From the NCBI GenBank assembly GCA_030651695.1, contig JAUSCD010000005.1:122915-186914 (forward strand): a stretch of 64,000 nucleotides of DNA, written 5' to 3'. The notes under the pieces were generated by a model, which ran no database searches, was not told where the DNA came from, and saw only the letters and a list, made by a program, of their open reading frames with translations. The translations under genes and the position numbers were made by a program. Below are positions 9,348 to 18,600 of the stretch, in pieces. The DNA is from Pseudohongiella sp. Its GTDB lineage: Bacteria; Pseudomonadota; Gammaproteobacteria; Pseudomonadales; Pseudohongiellaceae. Positions within the stretch are counted from its first letter, which is position 1; each line of letters opens with the position of its first letter.

Positions 9348-10649
9348 ATGCCTGTCTATCAATATAGAGCCCGCAATGCCACCGGTGGTCTTATTTCCGG
9401 CGCTGTGGAAGCTGCGACATTGGATGCGGCAGCAGGGCAACTGCTGAGTCAGGGAGTTACGCCGATTGATATAAAACGCGGCGAAGAAAAATCAGGCCGC
9501 CGGAGCAGTGGCGCAGATCTCTCGCCGGCTGCCCGCAGAGCTGCCGCCGCACGCAGCCGTAATAAAGAACAAAGTCCGATGGAGAATCTGAATGATCTTT
9601 TGCAGCGAAAAAAGATCGATATAAATGAACTGATTATTTTCTCCCGGCAAATGCAAAGTCTGACACGTGCCGGCATGCCGCTGGATCGTGCTTTGGCAGG
9701 CTTGCAGGCGTCAGTCAAAAATCCGAAGTTTAAGGAGTTGCTGCATAACGTGCAGCGGGGGCTGGAATCGGGTCAGAATCTGTCCACGTCACTCGGGCAA
9801 TACCCAAAAGTATTCTCTCCACTGTTTCTGTCGTTGGTGGATGTTGGTGAGAATACGGGACGTCTTGATCTCGCATTTGAGCAGATCCGACGATATCTTG
9901 AGCTTGAGAAAAACACTCGCAAGCAGGTCAAGAGCGCCACGCGATACCCGGCGTTTGTGTTAGCCACCATGGCAGTTGCATTGGCAATCATTACCTATTT
10001 TGTAATTCCTGCTTTCTCAGAGACCTTCACCCGCTTAGGAGCAGAGTTACCGCTGGAGACCCGGATTCTTATCGGCATTTCTGACTTCGTAGTCCGGTGG
10101 TGGCAGTTTCTCATAGGCGGCACAATCGCTTTGTTTGTTGCATTTCGGACGTGGGTAGGGTCTCGCGCAGGACGCCTTGCCTGGGATGAGATCAAGATGC
10201 GCCTGCCTTTGGCCGGCGGTATTTATGAGCGAATTGCGTTGTCGCGGTTTGCGAGGACGTTTGCCATGGTCATGAAGGCTGGCGTGCCGATTGTTCACGG
10301 TATGGGCGTGGTAGCCGGGGCAGTAGGCAACAAATTTGTTGCCCGCCGGGTTTTAAGGATGCGTGAAGGTATATCCCGCGGTGAATCTCTGTATAACACG
10401 GCGGTTGCAGCTGACATGTTTTCGCCACTGGTGCTGCAGATGATTGCTGTTGGTGAGGAGAGCGGTATGGTCGATCAATTGCTGGAGGAGGTCGCAGAAT
10501 TCTATGACGCCGAGGTTGAATACGATCTGAAGCGCTTGGGTGAGGTAATTGAACCGATATTGATCATGTTTATTGCTGGTATGGTTCTGGTGTTGGCACT
10601 GGGCGTATTCCTGCCAATCTGGGATCTCAGCAGTGCTGTCAACAATTAA
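9348..10649 (+). CDS. mshG: Inner-membrane platform protein MshG (PilC/GspF family)
   Basis: MPVYQYRAR, VGENTGRL, RYP.FV, VGEESG, EPILIMFIAGMVLVLALGVFLPIW. Confidence 0.95.
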   Translation: MPVYQYRARNATGGLISGAVEAATLDAAAGQLLSQGVTPIDIKRGEEKSGRRSSGADLSPAARRAAAARSRNKEQSPMENLNDLLQRKKIDINELIIFSRQMQSLTRAGMPLDRALAGLQASVKNPKFKELLHNVQRGLESGQNLSTSLGQYPKVFSPLFLSLVDVGENTGRLDLAFEQIRRYLELEKNTRKQVKSATRYPAFVLATMAVALAIITYFVIPAFSETFTRLGAELPLETRILIGISDFVVRWWQFLIGGTIALFVAFRTWVGSRAGRLAWDEIKMRLPLAGGIYERIALSRFARTFAMVMKAGVPIVHGMGVVAGAVGNKFVARRVLRMREGISRGESLYNTAVAADMFSPLVLQMIAVGEESGMVDQLLEEVAEFYDAEVEYDLKRLGEVIEPILIMFIAGMVLVLALGVFLPIWDLSSAVNN

Positions 10650-10684
10650 TGTCTTCGTGCAGTGCAAAGAAGATGGTGTAAACA

Positions 10685-11269
10685 ATGAACATACAGATGC
10701 GAAATAGAGGTCGAATGTTGCCAGCCGGACAGCGGGGTTTTTCCCTGTTCGAGTTGCTGGTTTATATCTTGATTGCTTCGATTTTGTTCTCTGCGGCAGT
10801 TAATCGCTATCGTGAATACCCGGCGGAGGCAGAGCGCGCAAATTTTGTAGCTGTGCTGTCGCAACTGAAGGCGGGAGTCAATTTACAGATGATGCGGATG
10901 ATTGCTGGCGCAAGCTGGACGCAGAGCGCTGAACTGGACGGTTCCAACCCTATGGATCTGATGCTGGAGCGTCCATCCAACTATCTTGGCGAATTCAGTC
11001 TGGTAGACGCAGCGCTGATGCCCGGGCGGGTCTGGTATTTCGATAGTGGTACTGGTGAGTTGGTGTACATCGCCAGCAACAGCAATAATCTCTATCTTCT
11101 TCAAAATGGCCAACCGATGTCTGGAAATCAGCTGAGGTTCCGCATTACCAGTGTTTACTCCAGTGTGGAGGAGCCACAGGCGCCCAGATGGCAGGGTTTG
11201 ATTCTGGAGGCCAAGACGCCCTATGAGTGGCGTTCTGCGCCCATAGAGGCGATAGCAAATAGTCCCTGA
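10685..11269 (+). CDS. Prepilin-like protein at the MshF position
   Basis: Type IV prepilin motif QRG|FSLFELLVYILI; directly after mshG. Confidence 0.75.
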   Translation: MNIQMRNRGRMLPAGQRGFSLFELLVYILIASILFSAAVNRYREYPAEAERANFVAVLSQLKAGVNLQMMRMIAGASWTQSAELDGSNPMDLMLERPSNYLGEFSLVDAALMPGRVWYFDSGTGELVYIASNSNNLYLLQNGQPMSGNQLRFRITSVYSSVEEPQAPRWQGLILEAKTPYEWRSAPIEAIANSP

Positions 11270-11612
11270 TCGAATGGGTAAAAATCGGGAAGAAAGCGGT
11301 TTATCATATTGATATTTAATAAATAAAAATGTTCTTACAAGCAGCGCCAGGGCTTTTAAGACGAAAAATGGGCAGAAACGGGGAAAATGGGCCAAATTGG
11401 GGATGATTAAGCCTCCATCCCATAGTAAGCGCGTTGATGCGGCTGTAGTATGCCTCCCAACGCTGCGGGTGAAGGCGCAAGCACTCCCTGCAACAAGTTG
11501 ATTCAGCGAACATCGGATTAACTGGATCGGGTCAAAAACAGAATGTAAGCGGTGATCGGCAAACTGTTCAGCAGAGCGTCGGATCAAAAAATTTGAGTCA
11601 GGAGTAATAAAG

Positions 11613-12428
11613 ATGCAAGTACAAACACGTAAAGGCCAGCAGGGTTTTACAATCATTGAATTGGTGGTTGTGATTCTGTTGCTGGGCATTCTGGCAGCCA
11701 CGGCGCTTCCACGCTTTATTGATGTCACTGAGCAGGCGCACGATGCCGTATTCTCCGGCGTAGGCGGTTCAGTTGTTACAGGCACGGCGCTGTATCGTGC
11801 TGAGTGGGTTGCCCGTGGTCAGCCGGCGTCGAATACCGAGCTGCAATCTTACGGCAATCTGCGTGTGGCCCCTGGCTTCTCAGTGGGTGCATACACGGCA
11901 GAAGATGGTGTTGCCACCAGTTCATATACTGCAGCTACCGCATTCGACGGCCGGGCCAGCGGCTACCCTTACGCTGTAGGTGTTGCACCTGCAAACAATG
12001 CTGCGTTTTCAGCCACTAACTGCAAACAAGTGTTTGATAATCTGCTTCAGATAGGAGCGCCGGTTGCTGTTGCGACCTCTGGTGCGCCCGCTACAGATTT
12101 CGGATCAGCGGCGACAGCAGCGGCAATCCGTTCTGCCGTAGCTGCAGCACAGACAGCTTCTGCTGGCGACTTCCAGGTATTTGTCCGCAATGTCCAGGTA
12201 GATACCGGATTTGCAGATAATGCTGCTGCCGGCGGCCCACGACTTGGAGCTGGCTTGGCACGAAACCACCAGCAAGAAGCACCGGCATGCGTCTATGCCT
12301 ACTCTGCTGAAGCAGAAAATAACAACCGCTTCATCCTGTATGTCCCTTGGAATGGCCGCACCCAGATCTTCACAAGTGCCGCCGATCTTCTGACTGCACT
12401 GACTACTTTTGACGGCCCTGCCGTGTAA
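11613..12428 (+). CDS. MSHA-type pilin (MshA/MshB-like), probably the major pilin
   Basis: QQG|FTIIELVVVILLLGILAATALPRF; GGAG RBS; 343-bp upstream intergenic region and strong terminator downstream. Confidence 0.88.
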   Translation: MQVQTRKGQQGFTIIELVVVILLLGILAATALPRFIDVTEQAHDAVFSGVGGSVVTGTALYRAEWVARGQPASNTELQSYGNLRVAPGFSVGAYTAEDGVATSSYTAATAFDGRASGYPYAVGVAPANNAAFSATNCKQVFDNLLQIGAPVAVATSGAPATDFGSAATAAAIRSAVAAAQTASAGDFQVFVRNVQVDTGFADNAAAGGPRLGAGLARNHQQEAPACVYAYSAEAENNNRFILYVPWNGRTQIFTSAADLLTALTTFDGPAV

Positions 12429-12438
12429 TAACTGCGGG

Positions 12439-12468
12439 TATCAAGGCTGGTCCGGACCAGCCTTGATA
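12439..12468. repeat. Perfect 30-bp palindrome after the pilin gene
   Basis: TATCAAGGCTGGTCCGGACCAGCCTTGATA equals its own reverse complement. Confidence 0.95.
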
Positions 12469-12473
12469 ATTGC

Positions 12474-12515
12474 AAAAAGAAAGGCGGGTGGCTATGTGCA
12501 CCCGCCTTTTTTTTT
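12474..12515 (+). terminator. Intrinsic terminator of the pilin gene
   Basis: AAAGGCGGGTG-GCTATGTG-CACCCGCCTTT continuing as a 9-nt T run. Confidence 0.9.
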
Positions 12516-12579
12516 ATTAGTGGCTTTTTGATATAGACTCATCAGGCATTGTTTCAGACTAATTCCTGAGTGGAGCAGA

Positions 12580-13122
12580 TTGATGCCGGCACATAAAACA
12601 TCAGATGGATTTTCAGTGATCGAGCTGGTCATTGTCATCGTTGTGATTGGCATTATTACCGGTGTAGCGATGGCGCGTGCATTACGCAGTGACACCTATA
12701 ACCCGGCACTTGCGCGTGACCAGATTATTGCCATGTCGCGTTCAGCGCAGCAAAAATCGATTGGGCGCTCCGACGTTGTACTTCAGTTACAGCCGACGGG
12801 AAGTGCCCTTGCGATTAACATTCTGGACAGCACAGGGTTGGTGCAATCGGCCAGTCCGGCGCTTGCCAATGTCGGATTGCGCGGGGATATAAATGTCCTG
12901 GGCAGTTGTTCAGTTGTAGCTGGGGGGGCAGATATCACGCAAGGCAATCCATTTATCTTGCGTTACGACTCATTAGGTGACCTGCTTGAGGGCGGCCCTG
13001 CGAATGCTGTGGCCGCTGTCAGCAAAGGCGCGAGGGCATGTATTAACGGCGATCCTGCACTATCAGTGTGTTGGTCGGCAGCAGGTTTCGCTTATGCCGG
13101 AGATTGTGTCGATGTCGATTAG
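12580..13122 (+). CDS. mshC: MSHA minor pilin MshC
   Basis: DG|FSVIELVIVIVVIGII, ARDQIIAMSRSAQQ, Cys-containing C-terminus; gene order. Confidence 0.8.
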   Translation: MMPAHKTSDGFSVIELVIVIVVIGIITGVAMARALRSDTYNPALARDQIIAMSRSAQQKSIGRSDVVLQLQPTGSALAINILDSTGLVQSASPALANVGLRGDINVLGSCSVVAGGADITQGNPFILRYDSLGDLLEGGPANAVAAVSKGARACINGDPALSVCWSAAGFAYAGDCVDVD

Positions 13123-13741
13123 GTCAAAGCAGCACGGCGTCACACTTATTGAAATGGTTGCTGTAATTGTGATTCTTGCTATTGCACTGACTGCAGTCAC
13201 CCAGGTTATTTCAGTTTCCATAAGTCGAAGTTCCGACACTTTGCTCGAAACACGCGCGGTGGCGTTGGCTCAAAGTTATCTGGACGAGATACTGAGCAAA
13301 CGATTTGATGAGAAATCGGCACCGAGGGGAATCCCCCCGTGCCATAACACGCATAATCCCTGCACCTCTGAGCTATTGTTTGGAGTTGATGGTGGAGAAG
13401 TACGCGCGCTGTTTGATGACGTTGACGACTATCATCAGCTTCAGGAAGGTGACGGTTATGCAGACCCGTTGCGTGACTCGGAAGGGCAGACGAGGCAGGG
13501 ATATGAGAATTTCATGATCTCGGTGGAGGTGCGCTATTTACGTCCCTGTAACGAAGAGGCGGCCTGGTTTCAGTTTCCGCCTGAAATCTGCAGCCCGGAT
13601 CAGGGTGATCCTGTAGCAGTAGCAGAATCTGCGGACACTTTGCTGGATGCAGGGCAGTCAGCAAAGTTGGTGCGCATTACTGTCAGTCATCGAGAGCAGT
13701 TGAATGGATGGCATTTTAGCGTGTACAAGGCCAATTTCTGA
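13112..13741 (+). CDS. mshD: MSHA minor pilin MshD
   Basis: Start trimmed to ATG 13112; HG|VTLIEMVAVIVI, LAQSYLDEILSKRFDE, FDDVDDY. Confidence 0.85.
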   Translation: MSIRSKQHGVTLIEMVAVIVILAIALTAVTQVISVSISRSSDTLLETRAVALAQSYLDEILSKRFDEKSAPRGIPPCHNTHNPCTSELLFGVDGGEVRALFDDVDDYHQLQEGDGYADPLRDSEGQTRQGYENFMISVEVRYLRPCNEEAAWFQFPPEICSPDQGDPVAVAESADTLLDAGQSAKLVRITVSHREQLNGWHFSVYKANF

Positions 13742-13757
13742 TGAGCAAGGGTGCCAG

Positions 13758-14645
13758 ATGAAATCTATCGTCCAGCAAGGGTTTACCCTGGTCGAGATGG
13801 TGATCACCATTCTGATCGCAGCAATTTTGTCGGTTGGAATTGTGAATTATATTGGTGATTCAGTAGAAGGTTTTTCCAGTAGCGCTAATCGCAACCGTCT
13901 TGCCAGCAGCGGCCGCACGGTGCTGGACAGGCTCGCGATGGAGCTGCATAACGCAGTACCTAACAGTGTCAGGACAAGATCTGTTGCTAATCAGCAATGC
14001 ATTGAGTATGTGCCGTTTATCAGGGCAACGTCCTACGTTGACCCGGCTTTTAATGGCCCGCCATCCGATGTCTTTGACATGGTGGTATTAAATCCATCAT
14101 TAACATTTCCGCCGCATGACCCGCTGACAGATCCGCCGCGTAAGCCGCTTTACGCAGTGATTTATCCAATCAGTGTTGCTGATCTGTATCTGGACGCGGC
14201 GCAGGCGAGCAGTCCGGGGATTATCGCCGGCATCAGTTCGATTCAGGAAAATATAGATCATCAGGGGCGTCTGAGCGTGGCGTTGGAAAATCCTCATCTA
14301 TTCCGATTGCGGTCGCCGGTTAACCGAATTTACATTGCTGAATCCCCGGTAAGTTTTTGCATGGTAGATAGCAGGATATTCCGCTACAGCGACTATGGTT
14401 TCCATGCACAACAACCCACGCCTTTGTCGGAATGCCCGCCCAGCTCAGGAACGTTATGCCTGCCAGAAACATCACCCAGTCGTCGACTTATTACCGACAG
14501 GGTGGTGAATACAGGCGTTGGTGCGTTTGAAGTGATTGCTGCTACGTTGCGGCGTAACGCCATTGTGTCCATTACGCTGGCTTTTGAAGATCAAGGGGAT
14601 GTGGTGAATCTGAAACACGAGGTGCTGTTACGTAATGTGCCCTGA
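13758..14645 (+). CDS. mshO: MSHA minor pilin MshO
   Basis: Start trimmed to ATG 13758; QG|FTLVEMVITI, RLAMELHNAVPNSVR, CIEYVP, HEVLLRNVP. Confidence 0.88.
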   Translation: MKSIVQQGFTLVEMVITILIAAILSVGIVNYIGDSVEGFSSSANRNRLASSGRTVLDRLAMELHNAVPNSVRTRSVANQQCIEYVPFIRATSYVDPAFNGPPSDVFDMVVLNPSLTFPPHDPLTDPPRKPLYAVIYPISVADLYLDAAQASSPGIIAGISSIQENIDHQGRLSVALENPHLFRLRSPVNRIYIAESPVSFCMVDSRIFRYSDYGFHAQQPTPLSECPPSSGTLCLPETSPSRRLITDRVVNTGVGAFEVIAATLRRNAIVSITLAFEDQGDVVNLKHEVLLRNVP

Positions 14646-15096
14646 GTCCAATGTCAGTCTAAATAATCCAGGCAAACGAGAGTTTCGCATTGGGCTGCAG
14701 AAAGGTGTGGGCCTGCCTGCTGCAATTTTTGTCATCACCTTGCTTTCTGCTATCGCAGGAGGGATCAGCTTGCTTGTGTCGCAGAATGCGGAAACTTTTG
14801 AAGAGGAAGTAATGTTGACGCGCGCATTTTATGCGGCGGAGTCAGGAGCTGGGCTTGCATTGGGGGTACTGTTCCCTACCGGTAGTTTTCCGGAATATCA
14901 GGCGCGCGACGCTTGCTCGACTCAGCCTTGGCAGTATGAATTCTCAGTAGATGGGCTGGCCCAATGTAAAGCAGAGGTCAGTTGTGCGCTCGATGCCACG
15001 GTGGATGAGTCTGACTACTTTACGCTGACCAGCGTGGGCCGCTGTGACAATATCAGTCGCACAGTTCAGGTGAGAACGGCTTACAGGGAGCCATAA
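14635..15096 (+). CDS. mshP: MSHA minor pilin MshP (PilX-like)
   Basis: QKG|VGLPAAIFVITLL, RAFYAAESGA, LTSVGRC..RTVQV. Confidence 0.85.
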   Translation: MCPESNVSLNNPGKREFRIGLQKGVGLPAAIFVITLLSAIAGGISLLVSQNAETFEEEVMLTRAFYAAESGAGLALGVLFPTGSFPEYQARDACSTQPWQYEFSVDGLAQCKAEVSCALDATVDESDYFTLTSVGRCDNISRTVQVRTAYREP

Positions 15097-15157
15097 CCAC
15101 CTGAGCCTGCGATAACGTGCGCTGTGCGAAACCTGATAGCGGCTCAGCGATTGCGTG

Positions 15158-15451
15158 TTAAACGGTGCCCACTATTCTGAAAATGAAATACACCACTAGT
15201 AACGTTAGTAATGTAGCGGCTCCGTATGTCAGGAAGTTACTGACCCCGACTTGCACACGGTAAGGGTCAATACGGCGATCCTTGTCGCCAGTGCGATGGG
15301 TGATATCGCGCTGAAGTCTGATTTTGTAGTTGTCGAACTTCTCAACCAGCACCCACCCGGCCTGCGCTTCCTCAGCCAGTACGCTGTTGAGGTTGTCCTG
15401 TTTGGCAAAGTGTGGCGTTGTTGATTGTATTATTTTGTATTCCATTTCCAT
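15158..15451 (-). CDS. Small DUF4177-like membrane protein
   Basis: MEMEYKII...LNSVLAEEAQAGWVLVEK resembles the DUF4177 YEYK...N..G.EGWELV pattern; C-terminal TM helix; GAGG RBS upstream of ATG 15451. Confidence 0.7.
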   Translation of the reverse strand: MEMEYKIIQSTTPHFAKQDNLNSVLAEEAQAGWVLVEKFDNYKIRLQRDITHRTGDKDRRIDPYRVQVGVSNFLTYGAATLLTLLVVYFIFRIVGTV

Positions 15452-15664
15452 GATTGGCCTCAATGGGTTGTGGTGCCGTGCCGAAGTATTCTGTGACTGG
15501 CAGCAGTATTTTGCAATCGATTAACTGTCTTCGCCGGGTCAATTTAGGGCACAAATAGACGTACATCCCCCCTTAATTCTGAACTCGTCAATGGCTATCC
15601 GTTACAATGCTCAAGTATATAAAAATAAAACAATTATCAACCCATGGCTCGCTGTTGACGCTGA

Positions 15665-18600
15665 ATGAAAATACGCACTAATCCAACCCGCTCAAGCCCA
15701 ACGCCAGGCAATTCATTTGCCGGGCGGCTGCTGCGCGGGTTTTGGCATAGCGCGATCCTTGCTGTCTCTGTGCTCGGAGCAGCGACAATGGTGTCCGGCC
15801 AGATACCAGGGCCGGTGGCTCTGCAAGGGAGCGGTGGCACGATTACAACGCCCGGTGCAGGACCTGCCGCAGGTTTTGTTGTCCACACATTTACCGGTGA
15901 CGGTACGTTCAGGGCGCCAACCGGTGTGACCGAAGTGGAAGTTCTGGTAGTTGGCGGAGGCGGCGGCGGCGGTAGCGGTGCCGCGAACTCTCTGGGCGCT
16001 GGTGGCGGTGGCGGTGGCGGTTTGATGATCGAACGATCAGTGGCCGTAACGCCCGGGCAGGATATTGACGTCACTATCGGAACCGGCGGCAATGGTGGTA
16101 ACGCCGGTGGCAGGGGCGCTGCCGGCAATCCGTCCATTTTTGTTGCGAACCAGACGGTAACCGCGCCCGGCGGCGGTGGTGGCGGCGGGTCATTGAACAT
16201 CACCGTTGATGGCTCGAACGTCCGCAACGCTCTGTCTATGGTGGGTGGTGGCAGCGGTGGTGGCGGCGGTTCCCGGGACGATGGTAACAATGGCGGCTCG
16301 GGTGGCACGGCAAGCAGTCTGCCTGCCAATTCATTTGCCAATAACGGAGCAAATGGTCGCGGTGCAAGTAATGCCAACACCGCACAACGTGCTGGTGGTG
16401 GTGGTGGCGGCGCCAATGCCAATGGCAGCACTTCTCCTTCGAATGGCAATGGCGGTGCCGGTGGTGGTGCGCGCACCAGCGCCCTGTTTGGCGGCAGTTA
16501 CGCGGGTGGTGGCGGTGGTGGTGGTGGCAGTAGTGGCGGCAGTGGCGGCACCAACGCCGGCAACGGTGCGACAGGAGTCAATGTGCCGGCAGCTCCTGCC
16601 AACAATTTTGGTGGTGGTGGCGGCGGTGCGCGTAATGCCACCGGTGGCCAGGGTGGTTCCGGGGTGGTGATTGTCCGGTATCGCGCTCCCGCTCTGGAGA
16701 TCAGTCAGCAGGATGTAGCACCCGTCGCTAACAGTGGCACAGCATTCAGTACGCCGTTTCAGGTTCGTCTGGTCAATGGTGTAGGCAACGGAATCAGTGG
16801 CATAAATGTCTCGGCTACATTGGAAGCAGGTGCCGGCTCGCTCACCAATGCGACGGTGGCAACCGATGCATCCGGTTTCGCCACCTTTACCAATCTGACG
16901 ATAACAGGGACCGCAGGTACCTATGCTCTTCGTTTCACTGTTGCAGGTGCAAACGACAGTTATGTTGTCTCCAATAATATTCAACTATTGCCTGCCTGCG
17001 AAAATACAGGGCAAAGTGATTGCCAATACACCATCACCGAAGGAGGCATTGACTATGTTGTCGAGGTTTACACCACAACAGGCACATCAAATTTTACGCC
17101 TCCGCTGGGCGTAGACAGCGTTGAGTATCTGGTTGTTGCGGGTGGCGGTGGTGGTGGTGCATGGCGTGGTGGTGGCGGCGGTGCCGGCGGATTCAGAACC
17201 GGCACCTTATCAGTAACACCGGCATCTTCGCTGACTGTAACCGTTGGCAGCGGAGGCGCAGGCGCGCCAGCCGGAACGAACAACAGTCGTGGCAGCAATG
17301 GTGCAAATTCTGTGTTTGCAACCATCATCTCGAATGGTGGTGGTGGCGGCGGTATTGGCGAGAACTCCAATAATGCGGGCGGAGCCGGTGGTTCTGGTGG
17401 CGGCCGTGGTGGTGCTGCAGCTACCGGTACCCAGACTGCTGGCGCAGGCACTGGCGGACAAGGCAACAATGGCGGTGTGTCCTTTGATGATGCTAGCGCA
17501 GCCCCCAGATCGGGAGGTGGGGGTGGTGGTGCCGGAGCCGCTGGCGGCGCGGCCTCCAGCGCGCAAGGTGGAAATGGTGGCGCAGGTACGACTTCCGCTA
17601 TCAGCGGCTCATCCAAACCGTATGCTGGCGGCGGCGGCGGCAGCTCTGATGGAGGCGGTTCCGGAACCGGTGGCAGTGGCGGCGGTGGCTCGGGTAATAC
17701 TTCAGGGAATGCGCAGGCTGGTCAGGTGAACACGGGCGGCGGTGGTGGCGGCGCCGGCGGCGGATTCCAGAGTACAAACCAGGGTGGCGCAGGCGGCTCC
17801 GGTATCGTTATTGTCCGTTATGAAGTGCCGGATATCTGTCTGATTGCAGGGCAAGGCGATTGTACGTACATGATCACCGAGGGCGGTGTCGATTACATTG
17901 TTGAAGTCTACACCACCACCAACACCTCCAGCTTTACAGCACCTGTCGGCGTGGAACGTATTGAGTATCTCATTGTCGGCGGCGGCGGCCCCGGTGGCAC
18001 CGGTACTGACCGTACTTCGGGCGGTGGTGGTGCTGGCGGATTGCTGACGGGCAACGTCAACGTGGCGTCAAATGTTCCACTGACAGTCACGGTAGGCGCA
18101 GGTGGCACTAACAATACCAATGGCGGCAATTCTGTATTCAATACACTGACCGCCATTGGTGGTGGCGTCGGCGGGCGTGGCAGTGCACCCTATGTCAATG
18201 GTCAGGCGGGCGGTTCCGGAGGCGGCGGACAGCACAACGGAGCGTCAGCAGCCGGCGCCGGAACTGGCGGACAGGGTAACGCCGGCGGCAACGGTTATGA
18301 CCCCGGATCGGTTACGTTTGCAGCTGGGGGCGGTGGCGGCGCCAGCAGCGCAGGCGGCACGGCAACAGCAAACCAGAACAATGGCAACGCTGGCGCTGGT
18401 GGCGCCGGTCTGTCTTCCACAATAGCGGGTTATCTGCAGTACTTTGCCGGTGGTGGTGGCGGAGCAGCGCAGACGGACGCTCCCGGTTATTCGGCGGGCG
18501 TTGGTGGCATTGGCGGCGGCGGCGCCGGCGGCCGGGCCGCGGTTACTGGTTCCCAGAACAGTCCTGGCGCGGCAGGTACGGCAAACACGGGCGGTGGGGG

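Noticed and set aside
11546-11600. Possible c-di-GMP-I riboswitch (GGCAAAC) or FleQ box (TCAAAAAATTTGA) in the pilin leader
   Set aside because: The GAAA tetraloop stem and the rest of the riboswitch consensus are missing, and the FleQ-like spacing is one base off.
10883-11785. 300-aa antisense ORF spanning the F-like gene, the pilin leader and the pilin start
   Set aside because: An open frame across the intergenic region is somewhat surprising, but the translation has no recognisable motif and overlaps two real genes; treated as chance unless ribosome profiling shows otherwise.
15637-17616. Pro-rich antisense ORFs (15637-16476, 17068-17616) and other long alternate-frame ORFs over mshQ
   Set aside because: They mirror the GGN codon runs of the Gly-rich modules; no independent RBS or protein-like features.
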